From a virus (taxonomy: Duplodnaviria; Caudoviricetes): 26,943 nucleotides of DNA. The stretch is taken from positions 1-26,943 of IMG/VR virus record IMGVR_UViG_3300021978_000005; one strand, written 5' to 3'. Shown one piece after another: positions 18,463 through 25,121 of the stretch. Made by a program: the position numbers and the translations under genes. Position 1 is the first letter of the stretch, and the number at the start of each line of letters is the position of its first letter. The notes under the pieces were generated by a model. That model ran no database searches and was not told the origin of the DNA. It worked only from the letters and a program-made list of their open reading frames with translations.

Positions 18463-19785
18463 TTAAACTACACCTTTAATGTTCCTTTTCAATGGTTTAC
18501 CCCACGTTTCAGTCATAGGTCTATAGCCTATAGCAAGGTAACGGAATGCATCCGCAGCATGTGAACTCCAGTCATGCCTAGGGCGAGACCGCCACGTTTT
18601 ACCGTTTTCATCGTAATCACGACTGTAGTTTATCAGACAATCTATGCCTTTTTCGCATTTTTTAGCATCGAAGTAACAACGGTCTAATAGTGACCTAACC
18701 TGTTGAATACCATCGTCTACCATCAACATAGGAGCTATCTCTACATTCCTAATGCCTAAACTATCTAATGTCTCAAGTCTTGACTTACCTGTGCCTAGCT
18801 CTCTAACTCTAACGTCATGTGGAAGAATGTGTTGGTCATAGATAAATCCCTTCTCTTGTAATATCCTTACATAGTGGTCTAAACCTACACCTGAGGCTTC
18901 ATAATAATCAATGATGTGTACTTCTGTACCGATATATTGTGCAAACCAAATAGCTGTTGAATCGCCTACGCCTAAATCCCATGCCGTTATTACAGGCTTA
19001 TCTCTATTGTATCTAACCTCGCCTATCCTATCCTCATCCCTACAGCGTCTCATCTCTGTTGAATAGTAAGCGCCTTCACTGAATACTAAGAACCCACCCT
19101 TCCAAATGTGGTCATACATGTCAACACGTTTCTCTTTGTCTTCTTTTCTCTGAACCTCAAGCACTTCAGGAAACCAAGGGTTGTCGCTGTAATTGATTTC
19201 GCATATCTTCGCATTATCAGGAGTGTTCACTCTAAAGCGTTCATGTGTTGCGCTGTACTTGGATTCGGGATTATAGGAAATCCACACCTCTGAGCCTTCT
19301 TCTCTCACGGTAGGCAGGAGCTTCATATACGCCATCTCAGAAACGTGTTCTGCTTCATCAATCCAAGCCAACAATATACGAGCTTTAGACTTAATAGCAT
19401 CTAGTGAGCGTCTTAAACCTACAAATGTGTAAGAGATACGACCATCCCTAGACCTGATGTATTTCTCGCCCACTTCATAATAGGCTTCTAACCAAGGAAC
19501 TGACCTAATAGCTGTCTTGATTTCTTCTAGTGAGGAATCTTCTAATGAGTTCATATACTCACGACCGCATAATATCTGACCGCTCTTACCAACACGCCCC
19601 CACTCATAACCACGTATTGCAGTCATTAGTGCAAAGGTTCTTGTTTTGCCTGAGCCTCTGCCTCCAAACGCAATGCGGTATCGCGCTTCACCTGTGAATA
19701 TAGGCTTTAGCTTAGGAGGTACTTTTATCTGTGAAGTTATTACCTCTTCTTCTACTTCAGGTTCTTCAATCGTCTGTGTAGTCAT
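18463..19785 (-). CDS. terL: Terminase large subunit
   Basis: Walker A GGRGSGKT, Walker B WIDEAE, motif III SYNP, nuclease AWDLG and HAADAFRY; start at ATG 19785 or GTG 19791. Confidence 0.96.
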   Translation of the reverse strand: MTTQTIEEPEVEEEVITSQIKVPPKLKPIFTGEARYRIAFGGRGSGKTRTFALMTAIRGYEWGRVGKSGQILCGREYMNSLEDSSLEEIKTAIRSVPWLEAYYEVGEKYIRSRDGRISYTFVGLRRSLDAIKSKARILLAWIDEAEHVSEMAYMKLLPTVREEGSEVWISYNPESKYSATHERFRVNTPDNAKICEINYSDNPWFPEVLEVQRKEDKEKRVDMYDHIWKGGFLVFSEGAYYSTEMRRCRDEDRIGEVRYNRDKPVITAWDLGVGDSTAIWFAQYIGTEVHIIDYYEASGVGLDHYVRILQEKGFIYDQHILPHDVRVRELGTGKSRLETLDSLGIRNVEIAPMLMVDDGIQQVRSLLDRCYFDAKKCEKGIDCLINYSRDYDENGKTWRSRPRHDWSSHAADAFRYLAIGYRPMTETWGKPLKRNIKGVV

Positions 19786-20155
19786 CTTCACCGTAACCTA
19801 CAATCTCAATTCTTGTTGGGAATTTTACAGAACCATCACTCGATGTAATATCTTGTGAAGTCTTAGCAACTAGCCCATGGTGTGAGCTTAAAGCAAGGGT
19901 TGCAGTCCTCTCTTTGAACTCGCCATTAAGTGAACCATTCATGAGCTTTCTACCCTGATGAGTCATTAAAGTCCTTACGACGTCGGAAAACTCAGGATAA
20001 ACTCTGCCCCATTCATTGATTGTATCCCTGTGAACGCCTAGCTCTAAAGCTAATCCATCAATCATAGGTATTTGGTCGCCATAGGTAATATAGTTCTTTA
20101 TATAGTCCTCAGCTTTCTCTATTGTTTTGTCATTGTACTTAGTTGGTCTTGCCAT
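19766..20155 (-). CDS. terS: Terminase small subunit (P22 gp3-like)
   Basis: MARPTKY..IPMIDGLALELGVHRDTINEW..PEFSD; directly upstream of and overlapping terL. Confidence 0.88.
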   Translation of the reverse strand: MARPTKYNDKTIEKAEDYIKNYITYGDQIPMIDGLALELGVHRDTINEWGRVYPEFSDVVRTLMTHQGRKLMNGSLNGEFKERTATLALSSHHGLVAKTSQDITSSDGSVKFPTRIEIVGYGEDDYTDD

Positions 20156-20394
20156 TAGTGTAGCTCCTCTCGAGGTGGAACAGCACTGACTTCAAACTCA
20201 AGCTGCTCTCTCATTTCTTCAATTTCTTGGTGAGCGTCTGATATGGATATATCTTCATAACCTGAAAGTATCATCAAAGCACAAACATAAAGCTGTAAAA
20301 ACTCTTCAGGTTCATATTCTGAAAATTGTAAGCCTTCCTTGTCTAACAAGCTATTTAAACTCATACAATCCTTATTTATAACCCATTGATTCAA
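20155..20394 (-). CDS. Hypothetical acidic protein (79 aa)
   Basis: Overlaps ninB and abuts terS. Confidence 0.6.
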   Translation of the reverse strand: MNQWVINKDCMSLNSLLDKEGLQFSEYEPEEFLQLYVCALMILSGYEDISISDAHQEIEEMREQLEFEVSAVPPREELH

Positions 20395-20788
20395 GGTACA
20401 AATCTTCAGGCCTTGGCAACACTATACCATACTCAGCCATAAGCATATCAATCTGCTCTAGGTAGTCTTTGAACTCGCCCACCTTTAATTTGGTTGTGCT
20501 TCTTAGTTCTCGGACTGTTTCACCCTTCTTAGTTGTTATCTCGTTATAGCCTAGAAACTTATCTCTCAGTATCATGTGAGCTTCATCTTTAGTGTAACCA
20601 AGTTCAGGACTTATGACTGTTCCTATCCACTCCCAATACAATCTGTTCTGCTTAGTTGAACGTGAGTCTTTGTCTTGTTTTATTTCAATAATAGCTTTAT
20701 CATCCTCTGAAAACTGACTGAAGTGACTAACTATCATTGATTCAATAATGTGTCGCTTCTCTTTAGTTCTTTCTATTACTCGTTTCAT
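20372..20788 (-). CDS. ninB: NinB/Orf-family recombination mediator
   Basis: RSTKQNRLYWEWI and STTKLKVGEFKDYLEQI..AEYGIVLP motifs. Confidence 0.8.
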   Translation of the reverse strand: MKRVIERTKEKRHIIESMIVSHFSQFSEDDKAIIEIKQDKDSRSTKQNRLYWEWIGTVISPELGYTKDEAHMILRDKFLGYNEITTKKGETVRELRSTTKLKVGEFKDYLEQIDMLMAEYGIVLPRPEDLYLESMGYK

Positions 20789-20979
20789 AAAGTCACTATA
20801 GTGTGCACAGCATGTATAGCGTTAATAGTAGTTAATGTATCTACCATAGGGCCTGAACATCCTGATAATAATAAAACCATTGATACTAATAACACTGTAA
20901 CTATCGGTAACTTAACGAAACATGTATGACAATTACAAATCTTATCGAACACCTCTTTTACCTCTATATTTTTTAACAT
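20785..20979 (-). CDS. Small membrane/lipoprotein (64 aa)
   Basis: Strong RBS; hydrophobic stretch ending in lipobox LSGC; ATGA overlap with ninB. Confidence 0.55.
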   Translation of the reverse strand: MLKNIEVKEVFDKICNCHTCFVKLPIVTVLLVSMVLLLSGCSGPMVDTLTTINAIHAVHTIVTL

Positions 20980-20993
20980 CTCCTCTCCTCTTT

Positions 20994-21278
20994 TTAAATT
21001 AAACCTTTACTAACTAAAATCTCTTGTGTTCTCTTCATCCCCATTAAGTGCATTAAAAGTAAGTTTTCCTTACTATATTCGCTAGGCTTCCTACCGTCAA
21101 GAATATCATGGCAACTATGACAACAGTAAGCACCGTGAATATCCAAACACTTCCTACCAATGCCACCACCGTTAAGATGGGCAAAAACGACAGTTTCGTT
21201 ATTAGGTCCTCCATTGCAACCTTCTAGTCTTATTGTGCATGCTTCTCCTCTAGCTGACTTAGTTATCTTAGAGGACAT
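20994..21278 (-). CDS. DUF1364/YbcO-family Zn-binding putative nuclease
   Basis: KSARGEACTIRL..ETVVFAH..GAYCCHSCHDILDGR; likely start MSSK at 21278. Confidence 0.85.
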   Translation of the reverse strand: MSSKITKSARGEACTIRLEGCNGGPNNETVVFAHLNGGGIGRKCLDIHGAYCCHSCHDILDGRKPSEYSKENLLLMHLMGMKRTQEILVSKGLI

Positions 21279-21621
21279 TGATATGCCACTCAATACATTG
21301 TTCAATCACATCTGCAACTGAATACACTACTGCTACTTCACCACCTGCCTCTTCAATCCTAGCAATAAACTCTTTCTGAGGTTTGCTTAATGTTCCTTTG
21401 CCACTATCTGCTGTCTTAGGCTTCTTAACCTCTAGGAAGTACGCCATTCCATCGTGAATAACACATATATCAGGAACTCCTGCCTTTACACCTTCTGACT
21501 TTAACTTTGCAGCAACAATCTTATTACGTTGACCACCGTTAGGAACTGCAAACCAACAAACCTTTCTCATATCTAAATACTGAGCAATAGCCTTCTGTAC
21601 TTGGTGTTCGTAATCATTCAT
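21268..21621 (-). CDS. VRR-NUC domain (PD-(D/E)xK) nuclease
   Basis: EHQVQ..FAVPNGG..GVKAGVPDI..FLEVK..LSKPQKEF. Confidence 0.88.
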   Translation of the reverse strand: MNDYEHQVQKAIAQYLDMRKVCWFAVPNGGQRNKIVAAKLKSEGVKAGVPDICVIHDGMAYFLEVKKPKTADSGKGTLSKPQKEFIARIEEAGGEVAVVYSVADVIEQCIEWHINVL

Positions 21622-21785
21622 TTCTTCTTAGTCTCATTAAGTAAATTATCAATAATGCCTTTAGCGGATTCACAGGTATGTTTTCTTACTGCGTCATCGT
21701 TCATAAAGCTAATTCTATCTAACAAATGTTTAACGCCTACTAGAGCTGTTGTACATTGTTTCTTACTATGACCCCACCACTTCAT
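21618..21785 (-). CDS. Hypothetical protein (55 aa)
   Basis: Hand-translated MKWWGHSKKQCTTALVGVKHLLDRISF...NETKKK; ATGA overlaps at both ends. Confidence 0.7.
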   Translation of the reverse strand: MKWWGHSKKQCTTALVGVKHLLDRISFMNDDAVRKHTCESAKGIIDNLLNETKKK

Positions 21786-21958
21786 TTGATTGTATTGCTA
21801 TGACCGCCACCACACGGTTTGAACATAGGAGTAGACACTGTTTGTCTTGTATCTTTACTAGTACATTCAGGACATTTACCGCTCTTAGCATGGTCAGTCA
21901 TTCTATTATCCTTTGTGTATTTGTGTTCACAGGTATTACACATGTAATCATAAATCAT
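21782..21958 (-). CDS. FmdB-like zinc-ribbon protein (58 aa)
   Basis: Hand-translated MIYDYMCNTCEHKY...CPECTSKDTRQTVSTPMF; two CxxC pairs; ATGA overlaps at both ends. Confidence 0.8.
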   Translation of the reverse strand: MIYDYMCNTCEHKYTKDNRMTDHAKSGKCPECTSKDTRQTVSTPMFKPCGGGHSNTIK

Positions 21959-22134
21959 TTCTTACTTTTAAAATAAGTAGAGAGAGCGTAAGTAATTAAA
22001 TGAATATCAGGCCTTCCTTTTTTTATCCTATTACTCAAAGCTACATAAGTTATGCCTAGAATAGCTGAGACCTCTTTTTGAGTAAGCCCCATCTTTCTAA
22101 ACTCCTTTTTTATATCATCATATTTTATAAGCAT
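21955..22134 (-). CDS. Cro/XRE-like HTH regulator (59 aa)
   Basis: MGLTQKEVSAILGITYVALSNRIK HTH; first gene of the leftward operon; ATG at 22134 preferred. Confidence 0.75.
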   Translation of the reverse strand: MLIKYDDIKKEFRKMGLTQKEVSAILGITYVALSNRIKKGRPDIHLITYALSTYFKSKK

Positions 22135-22137
22135 AGC

Positions 22138-22189
22138 ACGTATTATATCAAGAAAACTATACATAAACACAACAATTCTTTATATTAAT
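22138..22189 (-). promoter_or_regulatory. Leftward early promoter (extended -10)
   Basis: Minus strand TG-A-TATAAT (TATAAT at 22142-22147), 7 nt before the HTH ATG; shares blocks with the rightward promoter. Confidence 0.7.
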
Positions 22190-22705
22190 CAAGATTATCA
22201 CTCTAACTTACGCACTATCGTTTGTTTGCTCGGTGCTTTGCACCCAAGCCGTTCTCTAGGTAGAGCTCGTCACTTCGTTCCTCTGGGGTATAAATACCCT
22301 TTTTTAGAGCAAGAGCAAGTCAGTGTTATATTCGGTTAAGTTGTTTAGTTGGGGAAATCGGGGTAAAGAAATCCCTAGGCTAAATTAATAACCTAGAGAG
22401 ATTTACATTCGTATAAAGCGCCTAAGCAGTCTTCATCGGATGGTCACACTATTACGTTTGTGACTCAGAGTTCATCGCTACCTTGAACAGGCACTCACCC
22501 ACTATAACTCTGCGCTAGATTTAAAAACACTGTACAGGTATTACCCTAGTAAGTTCGTAACGAGAGGAAATGCTTTGTCCTACATTTAACCTAACGACTT
22601 AATCTAACATCAATCAATAGCATACCCATTTGATGAATCTCTTTTTTTTATTCAGGTGTGAGTGAAACCAATTGGTCAGACATATCACCTGTCGGGGCGG
22701 TGAAA

Positions 22706-22733
22706 TTGCCAAATGGAAAAGATATGATATAAT
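22706..22733 (+). promoter_or_regulatory. Promoter of small antisense RNA
   Basis: TTGCCA (22706-22711), 16-nt spacer ending TG-A, TATAAT (22728-22733). Confidence 0.75.
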
Positions 22734-22738
22734 CTTTA

Positions 22739-22799
22739 ACAGGTGGCGCAATCACCTAATTCGACCCTCGTCAGATTCTAAGTCTTTCGGGGGTTTTTT
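22739..22799 (+). ncRNA. Putative ~60-nt two-hairpin small RNA
   Basis: Bounded by a near-consensus promoter and an intrinsic terminator; hairpin AGGTG/CACCT, then ACCCTCG/CGGGGGT plus T-tract; no ORF. Confidence 0.65.
22764..22799 (+). terminator. Rho-independent terminator
   Basis: Stem ACCCTCG (22764-22770)/CGGGGGT (22788-22794), inner AGATT/AGTCT, T-tract 22794-22799. Confidence 0.75.
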
Positions 22800-22812
22800 C
22801 GTTCTGAAGCAG

Positions 22813-22843
22813 ATTATAAACTAAGTAAATTAATAGATGTAAA
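22813..22843 (-). promoter_or_regulatory. Putative promoter for the long non-coding transcript
   Basis: Minus strand TATAAT (22813-22818) and TTTACA (22838-22843); the 19-nt spacer is long and the context AT-rich. Confidence 0.45.
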
Positions 22844-22859
22844 TTAAATTAGTGAATTA

Positions 22860-22906
22860 AATATAAAGAATTGTTTGCATAACATAAAGTTTTCTGTATA
22901 ATACGT
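22860..22906 (+). promoter_or_regulatory. Rightward early promoter
   Basis: TTGCAT (22875-22880), 16 nt, TATAAT (22897-22902); AT-rich upstream; precedes the early operon. Confidence 0.72.
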
Positions 22907-22957
22907 AGTAACTTGATTGAGACATTAAGTTCTTTAAAACAAAAAACGGAGATACAA

Positions 22958-23293
22958 ATGAGAGAGACAATGACAGATTACCTAGTTGGAGATTTATACG
23001 AGGCTAGACACCAAGATAATAAAGTAGAGGCCAAGCTTGAGTTCTACAACAAGATTGAGAAAATCAAACAGAAGTTTGAGCATCACATAACAGAAGAGGC
23101 TGTATGTGACTTCGGCTACCCAAAGATGAAGCTGTTTGTTGACTCAGTAGAGAAGATGAAAGTCATGGCTGAGTGTTATCAATATGTAGACGATGATAAT
23201 GAGCTTATTGAGTACAACTTCACCAACACTCTAAGAAACCTTCTTATGGACGAATACGGATGGAATATTAGAGATGGAGCTATCAATGATTAA
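22958..23293 (+). CDS. Hypothetical early protein (111 aa)
   Basis: ATG at 22958 with GGAG RBS preferred over the TTG at 22913. Confidence 0.7.
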   Translation: MRETMTDYLVGDLYEARHQDNKVEAKLEFYNKIEKIKQKFEHHITEEAVCDFGYPKMKLFVDSVEKMKVMAECYQYVDDDNELIEYNFTNTLRNLLMDEYGWNIRDGAIND

Positions 23294-23372
23294 AGCATTA
23301 TTAGAAGGGCTTGTATTCCTAATGTTTGCAGGCAGCGTACTTATATTATTAGTTTTATTGGGGAGTCAATGA
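23286..23372 (+). CDS. 28-aa membrane peptide
   Basis: MIKALLEGLVFLMFAGSVLILLVLLGSQ; GGAG RBS; overlaps both neighbours. Confidence 0.65.
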   Translation: MIKALLEGLVFLMFAGSVLILLVLLGSQ

Positions 23373-23545
23373 TGAATATTAAAGAAATCAAAGAGAAGTT
23401 ACAGGCACACATTGCTATACACGGTGTTCCTAAAGTTAAGCAAGATGAAGAGCCGGATATGATGTCTTATGCTCATGAGGTTATGGCAGACGAAGAATTT
23501 AAAACAGAATATGACGAGTTTTTAGCGTCAATACGAGGAGAGTGA
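23369..23545 (+). CDS. Hypothetical protein (58 aa)
   Basis: MMNIKEIKEKLQAHIAIHGVPKV...EFLASIRGE; GGGAG RBS; ATGA overlap. Confidence 0.7.
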   Translation: MMNIKEIKEKLQAHIAIHGVPKVKQDEEPDMMSYAHEVMADEEFKTEYDEFLASIRGE

Positions 23546-23546
23546 T

Positions 23547-23756
23547 ATGACACAAGATGAGAGACTATTAGATTATATGAGAGATAACAAACACATAGAC
23601 CCGCTGCAAGCATGGCAAGAGTTAGGTATTTATAGACTAGCTGCATGTATCCATAGACTGCGTAAGAAAGGACACAACATTATAAGTAATCGCAAGAAAG
23701 TACAAAACAGATTCGGAGAGGTTTGCAATGTTGCTGACTACCGATGGGGGTTATGA
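23547..23756 (+). CDS. Winged HTH DNA-binding protein (HTH_39-like)
   Basis: TQ.ERLLDYM..IDPLQAWQELGIYRLAACIHRLRKKGHNI..VADY; GAGGAG RBS. Confidence 0.8.
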   Translation: MTQDERLLDYMRDNKHIDPLQAWQELGIYRLAACIHRLRKKGHNIISNRKKVQNRFGEVCNVADYRWGL

Positions 23757-23830
23757 TGATTGAATTGCTAATAGGATTTTCGATAATGTACTTCGCTTTC
23801 CTCCTGTACATAAGCTTAGGAGATGACTAA
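23753..23830 (+). CDS. 25-aa membrane peptide
   Basis: MMIELLIGFSIMYFAFLLYISLGDD; ATGA overlap upstream and TAATG overlap with erf. Confidence 0.6.
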   Translation: MMIELLIGFSIMYFAFLLYISLGDD

Positions 23831-24420
23831 TGGATAAGACAACACAGCTTTGCGACAAGCTAATAGATATACAGAGGCAACTAAAATCTGCCAAGGATAA
23901 GAAAAACTCATACGGCAAGTACAACTACAGGAGCGTAGAGGGAATATTAGACGCTTTAAAGCCTTTGCTATCTCTTGCTCAAGCCTCAGTAACCATGTCT
24001 GATACTATTGAGAGAGTCGGTGACAGGAATTACGTGAAAGCAACTGTATGCCTAGCAGACGGTGCAGATTCTATTTGCTCTACCTCTTTTGCATGGGAGG
24101 AAGCTAGGAAGGGAATGAGTGCAGACCAATGTACCGGTTCGGCTAGTTCATACGCCCGTAAATATGCACTTGGAGGCCTCTTCTTAGTTAGTGAAAATTC
24201 AGTGGATGCTGATGACGAAGACAATACTGAAATGAACTATGTTCCCAAGAAGGATATTGAAGCAGCCCTAAAAATGCTAGACAAAGCCTTTGAAGATGGA
24301 AACACGGATAAAGCTAGAAGGATTTACAATAAAGCCGAGGGTAATAACCCACAATTAACACAGGTCTGTGACCGCTATATTATGTTGTTCGGCATTGATG
24401 ACACAACAGAGGGAATGTAG
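23830..24420 (+). CDS. erf: ERF-family single-strand annealing protein
   Basis: YGKYNYRSVEGIL and QCTGSASSYARKYALGGLF..DAD signature. Confidence 0.9.
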   Translation: MDKTTQLCDKLIDIQRQLKSAKDKKNSYGKYNYRSVEGILDALKPLLSLAQASVTMSDTIERVGDRNYVKATVCLADGADSICSTSFAWEEARKGMSADQCTGSASSYARKYALGGLFLVSENSVDADDEDNTEMNYVPKKDIEAALKMLDKAFEDGNTDKARRIYNKAEGNNPQLTQVCDRYIMLFGIDDTTEGM

Positions 24421-24431
24421 GTACAATTAAT

Positions 24432-24606
24432 GCACTGCTAAGGTTCACTACCTCCATTGAGCAGCTCGGGGTTACATTACGGGTACTCTCCTCAAGTTTA
24501 TCTCCCCCTCGAAGCGGTTTATATTTTTTCCGCTGAAGTAAAGGTAAACAGTGCGAATCGTCCACGAAACGGACCACTCATTTAGTAGCAACCACATCCC
24601 TTGTGG
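24432..24606 (+). ncRNA. Putative structured RNA in the erf-ssb intergenic region
   Basis: Several short stems (CTGCT/AGCAG, AGCGG/CCGCT, GTCC/GGAC, CCACA/TGTGG; long-range GCACTG/CAGTGC) and three CTCC motifs. Confidence 0.45.
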
Positions 24607-24612
24607 AAAATG

Positions 24613-24677
24613 CCAAGTTTGTCGGTACTTGGGCTTAGCGAACCGACCTTAACAACTTTAATAAATAGGAGACAACT
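24613..24677 (+). promoter_or_regulatory. H-type pseudoknot plus AU-rich leader before ssb
   Basis: S1 CCAAGT (24613-18)/ACTTGG (24627-32); S2 GTCGGT (24621-26)/ACCGAC (24642-47); then an A/T-rich tract and AGGAG RBS. Confidence 0.65.
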
Positions 24678-25121
24678 ATGTCAGGAGTAAATAAAGTAAT
24701 ACTAGTAGGCAACCTCGGAAGAGAGCCTGAAATCAAATACGCATCTAATGGTGCTGCAATCGCTAACATGGCAATAGCCACGTCTGAGTCTTGGAACGAT
24801 AAGACCACAGGACAGAAGCAAGAAAAGACTGAGTGGCATCGTGTAGTCGTGTTCGGTAAGTTAGCTGAGATTGTTCAACAGTACGTTCATAAAGGTTCTA
24901 AGGTTTATGTCGAAGGACAGCTAAAGACCCGTAAGTGGCAAAATAAGGAAGGAGTAGACGTTTACACCACTGAAGTAGTTTTGTCGGGATTTGGGGGTGT
25001 ATTGCAAATGCTAGACAGTAGAAACAGCTCACCACAACAAGAGCACGTTCCTCAAGTTGCAGCAGACCCTATTACACCTGTAAAAGCTGATAACGCTTTT
25101 GAAGACGAAATCCCGTTTTAG
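24678..25121 (+). CDS. ssb: Single-stranded DNA-binding protein
   Basis: [37 protein letters not shown]; acidic tail EDEIPF. Confidence 0.97.
   Translation: MSGVNKVILVGNLGREPEIKYASNGAAIANMAIATSESWNDKTTGQKQEKTEWHRVVVFGKLAEIVQQYVHKGSKVYVEGQLKTRKWQNKEGVDVYTTEVVLSGFGGVLQMLDSRNSSPQQEHVPQVAADPITPVKADNAFEDEIPF

Larger units (their letters stand above)
22190..22806 (-). ncRNA. Putative long structured non-coding RNA / replication origin region
   Basis: No ORF >=60 aa; many stems (22228-22249, 22285-22300, 22369-22404, 22443-22464, 22466-22512); minus-strand TATAAT at 22813-22818. Strand and ends are inferred. Confidence 0.55.

Noticed and set aside
1242-19858. Many plus-strand ORFs of 60-123 aa in the ORF track
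   Set aside because: All lie antisense to well-supported minus-strand genes and show no recognisable motifs; treated as shadow ORFs.
21749-21976. 75-aa plus-strand ORF
   Set aside because: The opposite strand holds the coupled Zn-ribbon and 55-aa genes, which fit the operon better.
22190-22806. Assignment to a known large ncRNA (ROOL, GOLLD), intron or CRISPR array
   Set aside because: No diagnostic motifs or spaced direct repeats recognised; needs a covariance-model search.
24432-24554. tRNA gene
   Set aside because: Multi-stem, but no T-loop GTTCGA, D-loop or proper tRNA spacing.
24380-24577. 65-aa minus ORF over the erf-ssb gap
   Set aside because: Antisense to the operon with no protein-like signal; RNA structure explains the region better.
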